Part shown: positions 1 through 13,022 of the stretch, piece after piece
Layout: the number at the start of each line of letters is the position of its first letter
Position numbering within the stretch: the stretch's first letter is position 1
Source of the DNA: Leptogorgia sarmentosa
Lineage: Eukaryota
Direction of reading: 5' to 3'
DNA length: 64,000 nt
NCBI GenBank assembly: GCA_964658305.1
Contig: OZ210885.1
Span: forward strand, 4,278,001-4,342,000
Notes under the pieces: generated by a model
What the model was told of the DNA's origin: nothing
The model's database searches: none
What the model saw: only the letters and a program-made list of their open reading frames with translations
Translations under genes and position numbers: made by a program

Positions 1-900
1 ACCAAATGTGAGAATTACCGTCCAATTTCTATTCTCCCTGTTGTAAGTAAATCTTTGAAAAGGAAATTTTTCAGCAATTATATAGTTATTTATCTGCAAA
101 CTCACTAATTTCAAAGTTTCAATCAGGATTTCGACCTAAACATTCACCTCTAACCTTACTTCTCCAGATGTGCGCTGAATGGTTAAAAAATATGGATGAG
201 GGCAAAATAACTGGTGTGGTTTCTCTGGATATCAAAAAGGATTTGATTCAATTTACCATCAAATTTTAATGTCAAAAATGAAAGACCAGTTTGGTATTTG
301 TGAAAATGAATTGAATTAGTTTACCTCTTACTTGACTGATTGTCAGCAAGTTTGTTGTGTAAATGACCATATGCCCTCTTGGAAATCCATAGAAAGCAGT
401 GTGCCGCAGGGGTCGATTTGATGTTTTTATTATATATTAATTAATGACTTGCCACAATATTTTACTACTCGGGGATTATATGCTGATGATACGCAGATAT
501 TTGCCTCGTCTGATGATTATGATGAACTGGTGGATCTATTAAATTTTGATTTGAAAAATATTAGTAAATGGCTTTCGGATAATAAACCGCAACACCATAA
601 TACTGAAACTAAGCTAATGTTGATAGGCTCTCGTTACAATATCAAAAATAAAATAGGAGATAAATTAGTGATCTTTCGAATAAACCATTAAAACGGTACA
701 GATCCTTTAAATGTTTAGGAATTGAGTTGGATGAACACCTTAGTTGGGAAGTTCACATTAATGCTATCTGTAAAAAGGTTGATGAAGGGATAGGAGTTTT
801 AAAACGGACAAAACCATTCGTCGCCGAAGAAACCCTGCACACCATCTATAAGGCGTTAATTTTGCCATACTTTTATTGTTCACCTTTGTGGGACAATTGC
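1..900 (+). pseudogene. Degenerate non-LTR retrotransposon (CR1/L2-group) reverse transcriptase fragment
   Basis: Frameshifted RT motifs NYRPISILPVVSK, QSGFRPKHS, SVPQGS and LYADDTQIF, followed by a LSWEVHINAICKK...ILPYF region typical of LINE ORF2 C-termini; several stops. Confidence 0.85.
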
Positions 901-960
901 GGAACTGCAGCTACATGTCCAAACCGGAAGAGGATCAAGACGGAAAAAGCAAACACCTAA

Positions 961-3600
961 AACATGAATTTTTTACATTCCAAGTTGCAAGAATGCACCA
1001 AGAGCGAACTTGATTTATTCTCGATACCGCAGACACAAACAAGTTTGGAAAAGGGGCAATGGATACATTCTCAACCTGTTTCCAGTGTATCCGCCAGCAA
1101 TCCTATTACCCTTCTCAGTGCAGGTACGAGAAGATTATGTGGACTTGTCAAAAACAATGTTGGTGTAAGGAGGAGCAAAAGTAAGGAGGACGATGCAGAT
1201 TACAAACTAAATTTGATCAAGGCTTATCTCCAGATAAGCAAAATAAAAGTGAGCCCCAGCATTTCCGTTGGTCATGAATTGGTGTTGAAATCGTTGCGTA
1301 GAATGCAAAAGATATATCATTCCTGCTGGAAATCCTTCCCTGAGAAAAGATAACATCTTTAGCGGGCTTGTACTGAAATCGTTTCTCTTTGGGCTGGTCG
1401 CAAGCAATGCGTATAACGGTTCCTACAAAAAGAATCCGTACAACTTTCAAAATTTCAGCATGTCGTTCGTGGGTATTACCGTAAATGGAAAGAAGATACC
1501 TTTTAAACCCATGCAGCTTTCCTATGCAACAGGAAGATACATCGAAGCATAGAACACATTTTCTGGTACAGGAAAATTGAATTACAACACTGGAAACAAT
1601 ATATCGCGAGAAGAGTTCCCCCATGGTTACGCCGGGTATGCCTCGCTTCACTTTAACGCTTCATTTTAACGTGGTACAACGCGGAAATTTGGCAGTTGAC
1701 ATCAAGTTCGCCGAACCGCTAGACGCTGCCGTGAGTCTCGTTTGTTACATGGAATTCGAAAATACCATTTTATTGATGCCGAGAGAAACGTCATTTATGA
1801 TTACTCTGGTTAAATGAACATGGCTCAGATTACCTATGCGCTCCAAAAAGATCCTGCGACGAGCACAAAATTTTGCAGAGTGTTTCCTAGCGACAAGTTA
1901 CTGTTACCTCAAACACTGGACAAATATCCCTGCGGATTTGTGGCCAACACAGATCTGAGCAATAAACCGGGAACACATTGGGTAGTCTTTAACTTTCCAT
2001 TCGAAGGAAAAGGAGAATTTTTTGACAGCCATGGAAAACCGCGGGATTTTTACGGGACCTCGTTTTTCACATTGTTCTTTTGCAATTCATCAAAAATTAA
2101 GTCCATCCTCTTCTCTCAGCAGCACGATAGCAAATAAGGAAAGCGACTACGACAATCTGTTTATGTAAGAACATTAATTAATATTCATAACAACGGCAGT
2201 AACGGCCATTTTCCGAAAATGGAAGTAACAAACAAACAAAAGTGCAAACTCAAAAGTGCATAAATCTCACAAACAACAACAACAACAAGTATATTTTTGA
2301 GAAAACGAAAATGGCAAAAGATAAAAAAAAGCCGAAAGGCAAAGAAAAATTTGTAAAGAGAAAAAGAAAAAATTGAGAAGGCTAACTGCCCATTGGGAGC
2401 ATGGCAAAATAGACGCCCCGGAGTCCCACTAAAGGTTTTTGAACAAGTACAGGGATGAAGACAGTGAGGGAGAAGCCAAAGCTGTGCCCGAAGTGAGGCA
2501 GGAAGCCGAAGCTGTGCCGCAAGAAGCCCCCGAACAGGGCGGCAGTCAGCAGGCGACCTCCCTACAGGAACTAGTGACCTCCCTGGGAGGGGAACATTTA
2601 AGTTTCCTAGACCAATTGGACTTTTTAAATGATGATCATGATTTAAATTTAACATTTGATGACATTTTAAGCCGATTTTAATAGCAATTCTTTGCATGTA
2701 ACAGTTCTAAAAATGTTCAAATAAAATGTTCAAATGTTCAAGCTATTAGCAAAATAGTTTATGAATTCGTCTGTCACGTAATGTTCCTCTAGCTTTTCGG
2801 TTGGTTTGTTTGAAACAGGTTTTACAAAACTGACATTTTGATACATTGTCACAAGTTTACTGTGTTCATCACATCGAGGATGTTGGTTGGTAGCTCTCCA
2901 CACAACTATGGCTTTTTCATATAAGTAACTTTCGTCTGCAGAACAGAGAAATTGACAGCTTGGATTTTGATTGCAAAACCAAAAGGCTCCGTTTTGTGTG
3001 GTGGATTGAGCAGCTGGTTCGCCATGTAACCACTTCATCTTGCAAAGATTAGGTATGAAATGAAAATGACCATGACTCCTCTATTTATATTCTCCATTCA
3101 ACACGGCTAACCAATCAGAAACAAATACGAATTATGACTTATAGTTCACAGGTCCCCTCTATCCATCAAAATAAACATGGTTATGACGTAATCATTCATC
3201 GGTGTACGTACACTGTGTGTGTACCCGGTGTACGTACATGGTGACTTACATGGTGTGCGTACACCTTGTATGTGTACGTACATCTCTATTATAAATACTC
3301 TTCCTCATCAACATCAGTCACACATCAAAATGGAGAAGATAGGAATTTTACCAGAACCAGAAGACGAGATGTACGCAACTATCATTCCTCTCTTTGGAAT
3401 TTTATCGGAAAATAAAGACGAGAAAGGGCAGTGCTACTTCTGCTATGAAGAGATCGATCAAAACGAGCTATTGGCCATGACCATGTGTTGCTGCCATCAG
3501 AAGGCCCATACAGAATGTTTCTAGCAGTGGGCCGCACGGAGTCAGACGACGCACGGAACGGTGAGATGGGGGAACAGTGAGATGGGGCCACTGTCAGACA
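961..3600. mobile_element. Decayed Polinton remnant (family B, left copy): major capsid and protease fragments, Bcl-2-like N-terminus, accessory ORFs
   Basis: 964-1817 matches the MCP at 41839-43227 (MNFLHSKLQECTKSELDLFSIPQTQTSLEKGQW vs MNYVHKNSKRCGKTEVELFNIPPTQASLEKGRW). 1814-2065 matches the protease (CGFVANTD..NKPGTHWVVF). There are many deletions and frameshifts. Cys-rich ORFs lie at 2730-3038 (GRF-like) and 3329-3524 (RING-like). Confidence 0.85.
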
Positions 3601-3720
3601 GCGTTTCCACATAAAGAACTATGCTGGTTGTGTTTAACGATTTTGTTTGTACGATTCATAGTTTTACATTTTGAAGACATTCTGATTTATTACAAAATTC
3701 TTAACTTGATAAATTTAATA

Positions 3721-4410
3721 CAGTGTGAACCACGATATTAGTTCAAATATCGAAATTTTCCAAAATTCTGACATGAAAGTATCCAAGTTGAAATAACTGA
3801 TCAAATATTTCTACTAAAAAGTTGAATTGAGCTTGAACAATTTCTATTAAATGAAAATATGCATCTCTTTTCATTTTCTGCACTTTCCCACTGAGCCACA
3901 ATATTAGTTTCATGTTGGAATTCTTATATTTGCTTACAATATTAGTCTATATTGAACGTTGATGCAGTGGCACACAAATTTTAGAAAAGCACATACTGAT
4001 ATACAAATGAAATATGTAGTGATCCCATTCATTCAATTGGTTTATTTATTGACATGAGCCCCGCTAAATCTGATCACATCAGAAAGTCTGTCGTTGACCG
4101 AATCTGTCAGTTTCTTAATGGTGGTCTTTGGGATGGAAGCCGCAGCTTCCTTTATTGCCGTCCACAAATCATTTTTTGGAGGAATACTGCCTTCCGTCAC
4201 CATAAACCTGGCGCTTAATAATCGATCACAAGTTTTCAATCGGATTTAAGTCAGGGGAGTTTGGAGGCAAGATCATAAGGGAAATGTAAACATTGGGACA
4301 ATGTTTCCACAATTTTCCCTTAAAACTTCCAAATTATTTTTGACCATGCGGTTTTTCTAAAATGAGTACTGGAAAAATTCATCACAAAACTAATATTGTG
4401 GTTCGCACTG
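3721..4410 (-). mobile_element. Internally deleted Tc1/mariner element
   Basis: TIRs CAGTGTGAACCACGATATTAGTT / AACTAATATTGTGGTTCGCACTG, each flanked by TA. The minus strand near 4230-4270 encodes PPNSPDLNPIENL, the Tc1 transposase C-terminal motif. Confidence 0.85.
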
Positions 4411-5070
4411 TATTACTATGAGCATAGATATAGGAAGCCTAGATTGCCGACTCCGTATGCGGCATGTTGGTAGAGAAACAGGAAGCGATTTGTTGTCCAG
4501 AATTCTCACTGTATATTTAGTCGTGGTTTCGGGACACCAATTTGTGTGTTTAACAATTACTTTGAGATTTGCATTAAGGGGAGTATAATAAGATTGATTG
4601 AGTTGATTAAATTATCGAGTCTATTTTAGTCAACTGACTAGAAACTTTAACACACACAATTATTAATTGTTAAACTCAATACGTCGTGCAGAATTGACCA
4701 CCAATATTTCGCCGGATAACATGGTGCTAGAATACTCATCCAGACCAAAATCAATCCAGTCAATGGATAAAATTGATGATTCATGCGATAATTAAGAAAT
4801 CATTTCAAATTGTCCAGATTTGTGATGTACTTCATGCTTGAGAGAATCTCGTCACATTTTCATAGCGGTATGATTTGAAAAATCCAGCCTCGTACCCAGG
4901 CGCTTCTTAGTGCTTTAGAGAGATTAGCAAGGTCCAGATAAATATATAGAGATCGGGCGCGAGCGCGCAAGGGTCTCGGGGTGAACCCTCCCCAACAACC
5001 CTTGCCTCACGCCCGATCTCTATAAAGCACTGAGAATTCGAAGCGTGTGTAAAAGGAAAAGACATCAGAC

Positions 5071-8000
5071 ATGGAAGTCTTGGAAGAATACGCCGAGATT
5101 AAAGTAAGGCCTGGTTTATACAGCGTGCTATGAGCGCACCGAACCAATTACTTCACTAATAAGTTCGCTCAAAGCACGCTGTCTAAATCAAATTGGTTCG
5201 CTCCTGACCGTGCCGTTCGCTCGTCGGAGGCGTGCCGAACGCTCGTAGCACGGTTAAGCACGCCTTTGATTTAAACCACCGTGCCATCAGCGAACATATC
5301 ATATGATAATTGCCTATAATTTATTATAATGTCAAAATATTTAAGTTTTCCCGAGATGCAACAGTGCATTTTAAATATGGCGGATAAAAAGACAAAACTG
5401 TGCTCAAATTGTGGCGAAAATACCAAGTATTCCTGCGTAAATTGTGAGAAACCAGTATGCAACAGAAGTTTAGAATGCAGCACACCGGCAGAGGAGCATT
5501 TGCAGACGGAATTCGAAAGCGTATCGTATTGTAGAAATTGCAAAATACCTGATGTAGTCGATCAAAATACTCGGGGAAAATTTAAAGAAACTGGGAGATG
5601 CAGCGTTTCACCTGTGAACTCTCCAGAACAGAACAGTTACGATAGCGACTGGAAGCCTGATTCTGATGGAGATGATAGTGATACTTATGTTGCGAGCAAA
5701 ATTATTAATTCTGCACCAACGCGAATGAAGAGGAAAAGAGGTAAAAAATGTCAATGGGAATCTGAAGATCTGGACGATTTTGTGGACATTATAATTAATG
5801 ACGAAAACCATCAACGGAAGCTGATTTTTCAAAATACTATGAGCAAAGCCAACAAGTCTAATTATGAAACCATCCAGAAAGAATTGAAGAGACGAGCTGA
5901 AAACAGAGGTTCTGTTTTTGAGAAATCAATCCCACAGATGCGAAATAAATTTAAGAAACTAGTGAGTGAATGCAAAAAGGCAAATATGGTTTTCAAGACA
6001 GCTACAGGAATCAGTAACTACAAAGATGAAAAAGATTATTCAAAATGGTTTGATATGTTATTCCCTTTGATAAAGTCACGTGAAAGTTGTCAGCCAGAAC
6101 AAGCTATGGAACCAAGTGTTGGTCCATCAACTTCAGATAAAGAGAGTGGTATAAATGTATTCGAATTCGATGATGATCTTGATGAAAGTGAAACATCAAT
6201 GAGATCAGACGAGAAATTATTTATTCCTAAACCAACCAAGAAAAGCAAGAGAGGTGAGAACAAGTTGGTAGAAAAGACAACTGAAGTTCTCGAAAGTGTT
6301 AAGTCTCTTGTAGAAAGTCAACAAACCTCTTCGTTTTTGGAATTCATGGAAAAGGAGAATGCACGGGCTCGAGCACATGAGTTAGAAATCTTAAAGTTGT
6401 TGATTCCATCATCCCAAGCCCAGGTACAAGGTAATTTTGATGCACCTGCACGTTCCCTTTCACAAGCCTGGCAACCATATGTTCCTGTAAGCACACCCCC
6501 TCCAGTTGCACTTCCAATTGGCCATTATACACCCAGTGGCCAACAACATTGTAATACATTTAATCCGGTTGGTGCTAACATTCCTTCCAACATTCCATTT
6601 GGATCACCATCAAATCCTCAAACTAAATATTCCCAGCAATCTGGTGGACTGGCACAGAATCACTCAACAGAGTATTTTGAACTATGATGTTGACAACACT
6701 TTGTGCAAGTACTGTTAAATAGGTTTTGTGTTATTGTTGTTGTGTTTGGCATGGTGTTTTTCAGATTAATTATGGTGAAGTTGAAATTATATGGGGCCCA
6801 TTTCTTAGAGACATGCATGGTAAATACTTCCTTGAGAGAACAATTCATTTACAAATAACTTCACAATTCAACTATTAAATATAAATAATATTTCTAGTCA
6901 CACAACTAAATAACAACACCAGTTTCATGTTCTCTCCAAAATTTTTCAGTTAAAGCATTTCTAATTTGTGTAGCTGATTTTGTTGTACTTCTTATTGGAC
7001 GTGACCTTGTCATATGTAATAGGTCCCTGATGGCATCTCTTGGTCTCTTTTGAGAAGGATTTTCTGGATTGACTGTCAAGTCTAAATTTGTTGAGATATT
7101 TTCGCCATAGTCGATGCATATATTGTGTAAAACAATACATGCCAGAGTTTTTACTTTCATTGTCTCATTGTTGCTGTCACATTTTCTGTGTAGCACTCGC
7201 CATCTTGACTTGAGCATCCCATACGCACTTTCTACGACCATCCTTGCCCGGCTTAGCCTATAATTAAAATAACGTTGTTTTTCCGATAAAACAGCATTTG
7301 TGTATGGCTTTTGAATCCAGGGAAAGTGTGGAAAGGCTGAATCAGCTAGAATCATGGAAGGAACTTTCACACCTTCAATAAGTTTTGTAAATGTTGGTAA
7401 AATATAGTTTTCCATCAATTTTGAATAAAGGCTAGTTGATCTGAATATGATAGAGTCGTGATTGCTTCCAGGGCAGCCAACGCTTGCCCAAACGAATTGC
7501 ATCTTGGCATTAACCATTCCCATCAGTACGATGGAATAAAAATTTTTGAAATTGTGGTATTCTTTAGCAGAATTTGCCCCACCTCTTGGCATTTTTATTG
7601 GGATATGGCAACCATCTAACGCAGAAAATGCCAATGGAAATTGCCACATTTCTTCCATATCCAGCGCACATTCCTTAAAATGTTCCAAAGTTGATGGGAA
7701 TTTATTAGAAACAGCTTCTTTCCAAAGGTTTTTGACAATCGCCTGTGAAACGTTATGTTATGTTACATACTGTCGCTACACCAAATCCAGTCATTTCAGA
7801 AATCGTGTAATAATAGTCTCCACGGCCAAGCCTGTATAATGCTATTCCCAATCTGCATGCAGGAGAAATTGGTTCCTCAACAAACCCCCATCGTCTAGGC
7901 TGTTTACGTTGAATATCCGCTTTTATTCTGTCCAGAATGTAACTAAAGGTCGCTTTGGATATCCTAAATGTTTTCCTAAAACGTTTATCTGAATATGTAT

Positions 8001-9714
8001 TCCAAACTCACTCCCACCAACCTATTCTCCTGAGCTTTCGTCTACAAGAACGTATCCTCGGCATCCTTGTAGCAATCTTCGTCGATGAATACAAAACCAG
8101 AGATATAAGCGCCAAAACTGTTATAAACGTTTGTTGCCGCATCAAAAGCATGGCTAGCATATTTTGCAATTTCTGTCTTCTTTTCCAGTTTGCTTTTAAT
8201 GTTTTAAAAATCAGAACATTTCTAAACTTTGATCTTGTATGAGACGCCATATTGTATTAATGTTACGCTCGCACCCAGGCTCTTTATCTCAACTTTAAAA
8301 ATTAGCTCGCTCAGATTAGTTACGTCATGGTTACGTATAAATCAGAATGCGTGCTATTAGCATGCTTGGCCGTGCTAATTTGAAAATTGGTTCGGTGCGC
8401 TCATGGCACGCTGTATAAACCAGGCCTAAGTGATTTATATTGATTGTGTGAATGAAATCGAGTGTTAATTAAAACTATTTTAGCGTTTTTTGTCGTTCAA
8501 AATCGTTCGAATGTGTGTGGTTTTCATTTTTCTATCAATAGGCCTACTCTGGGGTCTAAACTCGCCGCAAGTTTAGGCAGGTAAAAGCGAGTTAAGGGAA
8601 AATCATGCTATGTAGCTGGTGCGAGTTTGTGCGGGTTAAGGATAAAAGATCATTTCAGTATGCTGCGAGTTTGGGCGAGTTTAGACGGTTAGACCATAGA
8701 TATAGGAAGCCTAGATTGCTGACTCGATATAAAATGTGTGGCAACTTTTGAAAATCCAAGATGGCTGCTCAACCGGGCAAATTAATAGGAGCTAGTCTAG
8801 GAAAAACCATGTTTTTCGCATTTTACGACCGCATAACATTTCCGATCACGTTCTAGCACCATTTTTTGGAAATAAAACTACCTGTGCTGAAGGTTTTGGA
8901 TGAAAATTGTGCAATTTAAATGGAATTATCGAAATAATTGATCGTAAAGTGCTGCCAAAACAGTCACTTTAGTTCACCGGTTGATAGGCTCAAACGTCTT
9001 GAAGGAACAATTTGACTGCTTTTGTTAGCACTTTACGATCGATTATTTCGGGGTTAATTCCATTCAAATTGCACGATTTTCATCCAAAACCTTCAGCATG
9101 GGATCGTAAAATGCGAAAAACATGGTTTTTCCTATACTAGCTCCAATTAATTTGACCGGTTGAGCAGCCATCTTGGATTGCTCATGTTTGCCACATGCAT
9201 CAGCATATAATTATTCTGCAGTCAGCAATCTAGGCTTCCTATATCTATGGTCCAGACCCCAGAGTAGGCCTATCAATTAATATCTGTGTAGTTGTTTTCA
9301 AGAAAGCCCTACATGAAGTTCATATTGTAAATTTGTCCGTACAGTTTATGTGGTAAGGTAGTAAATTAACAGTCAATATTCAATGTTTAAATTTCAAATC
9401 AAGATCACAATAGTAACAATAGAAACACTTGATATAGCAAATGGTGAAGAAATTACGTGTGCCAGAACTGAAAGAGATCCTGCTGTTTGCAGATGTGTCG
9501 ATAGGCGGATTAAAAACTGACCTGATGTTGCGAGCCTTACGATTGATAAAAATCGATCGTTCACAGCGAATGTTGGCAAAAATTAAAGAATTATACGCAA
9601 AAAGGTTCACACGGTCACAGCGAATGTACTCCGCACCTTGTAACCTTGGAGGACCAAACTATTCAAGTATAGCAGAATCAAGCCGACCTCATTCTGATCA
9701 CTCCAGGGCACTGA
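5071..9714 (+). CDS. PIAS-like SUMO E3 ligase 5' exons (exon 1 5071-5103, exon 2 9438-~9714, SAP domain); no downstream exons recognised
   Basis: Splicing GT(5104)...AG(9437) gives MEVLEEYAEIK|QMVKKLRVPELKEILLFADVSIGGLKTDLMLRALRLIK...KIKELYAKRF, which aligns by eye with the PIAS1 N-terminus MADSAELKQMVMSLRVSELQVLL...KIKELYRRRF. There is a GTAAGT donor at 9715. Confidence 0.7.
5377..6687 (+). CDS. Harbinger Myb/SANT-like DNA-binding protein with N-terminal Cys-rich finger
   Basis: Open 436-aa frame from MADKK; trihelix-like segment WESEDLDDFV...QMRNKFKKLVSECKK...WFDMLF; lies within the Harbinger TIRs. Confidence 0.8.
   Translation: MADKKTKLCSNCGENTKYSCVNCEKPVCNRSLECSTPAEEHLQTEFESVSYCRNCKIPDVVDQNTRGKFKETGRCSVSPVNSPEQNSYDSDWKPDSDGDDSDTYVASKIINSAPTRMKRKRGKKCQWESEDLDDFVDIIINDENHQRKLIFQNTMSKANKSNYETIQKELKRRAENRGSVFEKSIPQMRNKFKKLVSECKKANMVFKTATGISNYKDEKDYSKWFDMLFPLIKSRESCQPEQAMEPSVGPSTSDKESGINVFEFDDDLDESETSMRSDEKLFIPKPTKKSKRGENKLVEKTTEVLESVKSLVESQQTSSFLEFMEKENARARAHELEILKLLIPSSQAQVQGNFDAPARSLSQAWQPYVPVSTPPPVALPIGHYTPSGQQHCNTFNPVGANIPSNIPFGSPSNPQTKYSQQSGGLAQNHSTEYFEL
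6906..8250 (-). pseudogene. Harbinger DDE transposase (HARBI1-like), frameshifted in its 5' half
   Basis: Motifs ALDGCHIPI, GSNHDS, ILADSAFP and FNYRLSRARMVVESAYGMLKSRW in ORF 6906-7688; the N-terminal part is broken between 7690 and 8010. Confidence 0.9.
8541..9270. mobile_element. MITE with GGCCTACTCTGGGGTCT TIRs, containing a nested MITE
   Basis: Inverted termini at 8541 and 9270; flanks TATCAATA / TATCAATT look like an 8-bp TSD with one mismatch. Confidence 0.65.
8695..9249. mobile_element. MITE with CATAGATATAGGAAGCCTAGATTGCTGACT TIRs (P-element-like CA...TG ends)
   Basis: Long, largely palindromic body. The same family recurs as a lone end at 4423 and as an inverted, interrupted copy at about 53440-55141. 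Confidence 0.8.
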
Positions 9715-10402
9715 GTAAGTTGAACATTTTAGCTTCTCTTCTTTCCCTCCCCAGTTGCTTTACTCCGTCAGGAACACGAAATGGACTGAGGAGCTCACGA
9801 ATCATCAATTATTATTAATTGGATGCAAGCCAATTTTAAATTATAAGCTATCAAGAAATAGTTCGTTTCACGTTTCGATTGATCACAACGACCAGCGGTA
9901 GTGTGCAAGTTGGCATACTTCATTTAGGACAAACATTGCATCAAGCGATGATAAACGATACGAACATTTTACCGAGATTTCCGGGCCCCAGGTATTTTGC
10001 CCCCCCCTCTAGCCGGCCTTGTCAAAATTACAAAAAAGGGTCAAATGTGTCACTATCTCAGCAACAATCAAACAAGGCTGAAAAAATAGCTAATAATTAA
10101 AATATGAAGGAGAACTGCCTAACAAATTCTCGAAACCACTTCTGTACCACCAAATGGTACTAGAACTCCACCAATTCGACAGGTCAAAAAATTGTAGAGT
10201 GCCTTTCTTACTTTTTAAATGCCAAAATGTCAAAGTTCCAACAGGTTATATTGCACTGAAATGTGTTCATAACCAGCACCTTCCATCTCCAGGGGATCAA
10301 TGAAGGAGAGACAAGTGTCACTTACAAAACCTCGCATGAAGATGAGGAAAAAGTAGAGGATATACCCGAAAAAAACCAATCTTCAGTAGTTAGTTTGCTT
10401 CA

Positions 10403-10684
10403 GTGGTAAGTGAATTGAAAGAGAAATATCTCAAAAATAACGACTCTGCAACAATGCTAGAAACAACTTTCTCCGGAGTTCCTAAGGGGCTCATGAAAAG
10501 GTTGGTGACCCAAAAGAAAAATCTTGGTGCATATCCACCGGAACTTCGATTGTTTGCCATGACCCTGAAGTTCTATTCGACCAAAGCATACAACTATGTG
10601 CGCAAGAGTTTTGATTTAGGGTTGTTACATGTGTCTGTGATTAGCTTGTGGTATCGATCTATGGATAGCAGCGACACAGGGTAA
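10403..10684 (+). pseudogene. P-element/THAP9-like transposase fragment
   Basis: YPPELRLFAMTLKFYSTKAYNYVRKSFDLGL is typical of the P-transposase region that follows the THAP domain. Confidence 0.75.
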
Positions 10685-13022
10685 GAATAACAGAGAGGAA
10701 ACTCTCAGCAAATTGTGTCAGTGTCTTTATGCGCATGTGTGACTTCCCCAGCCAGTGCCAAAAAAAATTTAATATGGAAATACACCGGGATTTTTCGGTA
10801 TAAATTTACGAAAATGCATTGGACTGAAGCTTTTGACAAACGAATGGGCTTATGAGGACTGTTTGGTCGCACGAAAAACAAAGAAACATAGTTAAAGGCA
10901 ACCTCTCCTCATAACCCCAAGGGGAGGAGAGACCCTGGTTGCGGCTGGTCACATGACTGGCGAATAATTAGCTGCTTTAGGGGGTGACGGAAGAGTGTCG
11001 TGTTACATGCTTCGAGTTGGCGTACTTTTCCTGTCGCGTTGCGCCATGCTGGACCACTCACCACACTGTGTTTTTGTCTCGCTTGGAGTTTGCCGTTTTA
11101 AATAGTTTCTATGAGACTGATTTTCTTAAAACCGAAGCAAGTTGTTTGCCTCGAGAGCATGTATTTGCAAAACGATGTGTGTTTGTGTGTGTTTTGCCAA
11201 CGGGCTAATGTTATTGTTTGTGAGAGGCAGAATTTGCACTGATTTGCTTGGTTGGAAGTCAAAAGATATTTCTACCACCGCAGTTTCCTCGATTGTTATG
11301 TTTGTATCTCCATTAAATTCGCTGATGACTGACCAAGTTTCCATGTTATATGCGAGTGGTATTCGGGCGTCGGTTATCCATGTTAGCAAACAGACGAGAC
11401 ACTCACTGCCGTAACCACTCTCGGCGTTGTGTAAAATTACTCGATTCAAATCCCCAAATAAATTTTTACAATGTTTCAGATCCCCAACAGAATAACAAAG
11501 TCTGCAACGCGAGATAACCGTCGATACAGATATACTTTTGTAGATTTTCTTCGGCGTGCCTCCGCAAGTAGCCATCCAGGAGAACTGAATGAATATCCTT
11601 TTGAAATTTGACCAAACCCCATGCTTAAAATGTAATTCGATGGTTCTTTTGTTTGAGGTCATGACGTTAATTATGTAATTGAATTGCAATGGTATTATAT
11701 TCGATTTCTTTGAAATATTTTATGAGCGCAACATACAATTTCATGATTTTCAACTCTGATTCATGAAGATTTTCAAACACAGTACATACACGCTCCTCTA
11801 CCACCCCTCCCTAAGTGTACAAATCAATTAAGCACCCAGAATCTGGGTGCCACATGACCAGCCGCAACCAGGATCTTTCCCACTAAGCTAACTTAATATA
11901 TCTGGAGATCAGGTCGTAATACCACGCCGTACAAAATAGTGTCGCCAAAAACATGGCGGATTTTAGCCAAATTTACATCATTATGACGTAGTAAGTACCC
12001 TATTTCAGGGGACTAACCACTGACCAAATAATATTGCCGAAAGTGAGCAGTTTTCTCACCCCCCCTGTCTGAAAATAAAATACTAAAATACCAGCTAACA
12101 TCACGTCAAAGTTTTTAATTCAAAACAATATTTCGTTGAATTTTGTTCATTATCAACATGCCACGTTTTTGCTATGTTTACGGATGTCACAACTCCTTTG
12201 ACAACAAAGAACTGTCGTCACACTGGTAAGGAAATTTTATTTTATGCTTATACATCGTTCGAGACGTTTTTGACAGGTTTTGTTAAAGGTCGTATGCATG
12301 CTTAAATTTATTTACAACAGTCTCTTAAGGCCAGTTTACAATATCAAAGTTTCTGCCATCACAGTAGGAATCTTGCATGGGTGAAACTTGAGGTTATTTT
12401 CACCAGATTTTTACAATTACACTGTTCGTGAAACATGTACAGTACATTTATTGTTGATTAATATTAAACAGGAATGCTATGCTGGTCATGTGGCAAGCAA
12501 GGCCATACAAGATTCGCATGCCCCCAAAAAGATGGGAGGAAGCAAGGTTCAGTGCACCACTGGCATAGGTGCCATGACATTGCTTTTAATAATAACTAAG
12601 TTTTAATAATGATTTCTTCAATAATATAATATTGTTTTAAATAACTAATTAATATAATTAATTCATTTGTTAATAGTTGTTGTACATAGTTTTTAATAAT
12701 TTGTTATCCAATGTTCAGTAGCTGAAATAATAAATAAGGAAATAATAAATAATATAAATAATAATTAATATGTTTATTTTGTCTCAATCAATTCTATGCA
12801 TATCTAAGGGGGTGATTACATGGACCGGGCTAGCCCGCCTGACCGGGCCAGCCTGGCTAAGCGGGACAACTTTTTTTAACGATTATATATATGTGCGCGT
12901 AACTAGCCCGGTTAGGCGGGGTAAAGATTGGCGGGTTTGCGGGAAAATTTTACGGGAAAGTTTGAAATTGTAAACAACAAAACTTTATTTCAGACAAGCC
13001 GCTTTTTTCGATATTCGGCGAA

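Larger units (their letters stand above)
5108..8426. mobile_element. Full-length PIF/Harbinger transposon 1
   Basis: 42-bp TIRs GGCCTGGTTTATACAGCGTGCYATGAGCGCACCGAACCAATT (1 mismatch), TAA TSD at 5105-5107 and 8427-8429, and two convergent genes. Confidence 0.95.
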
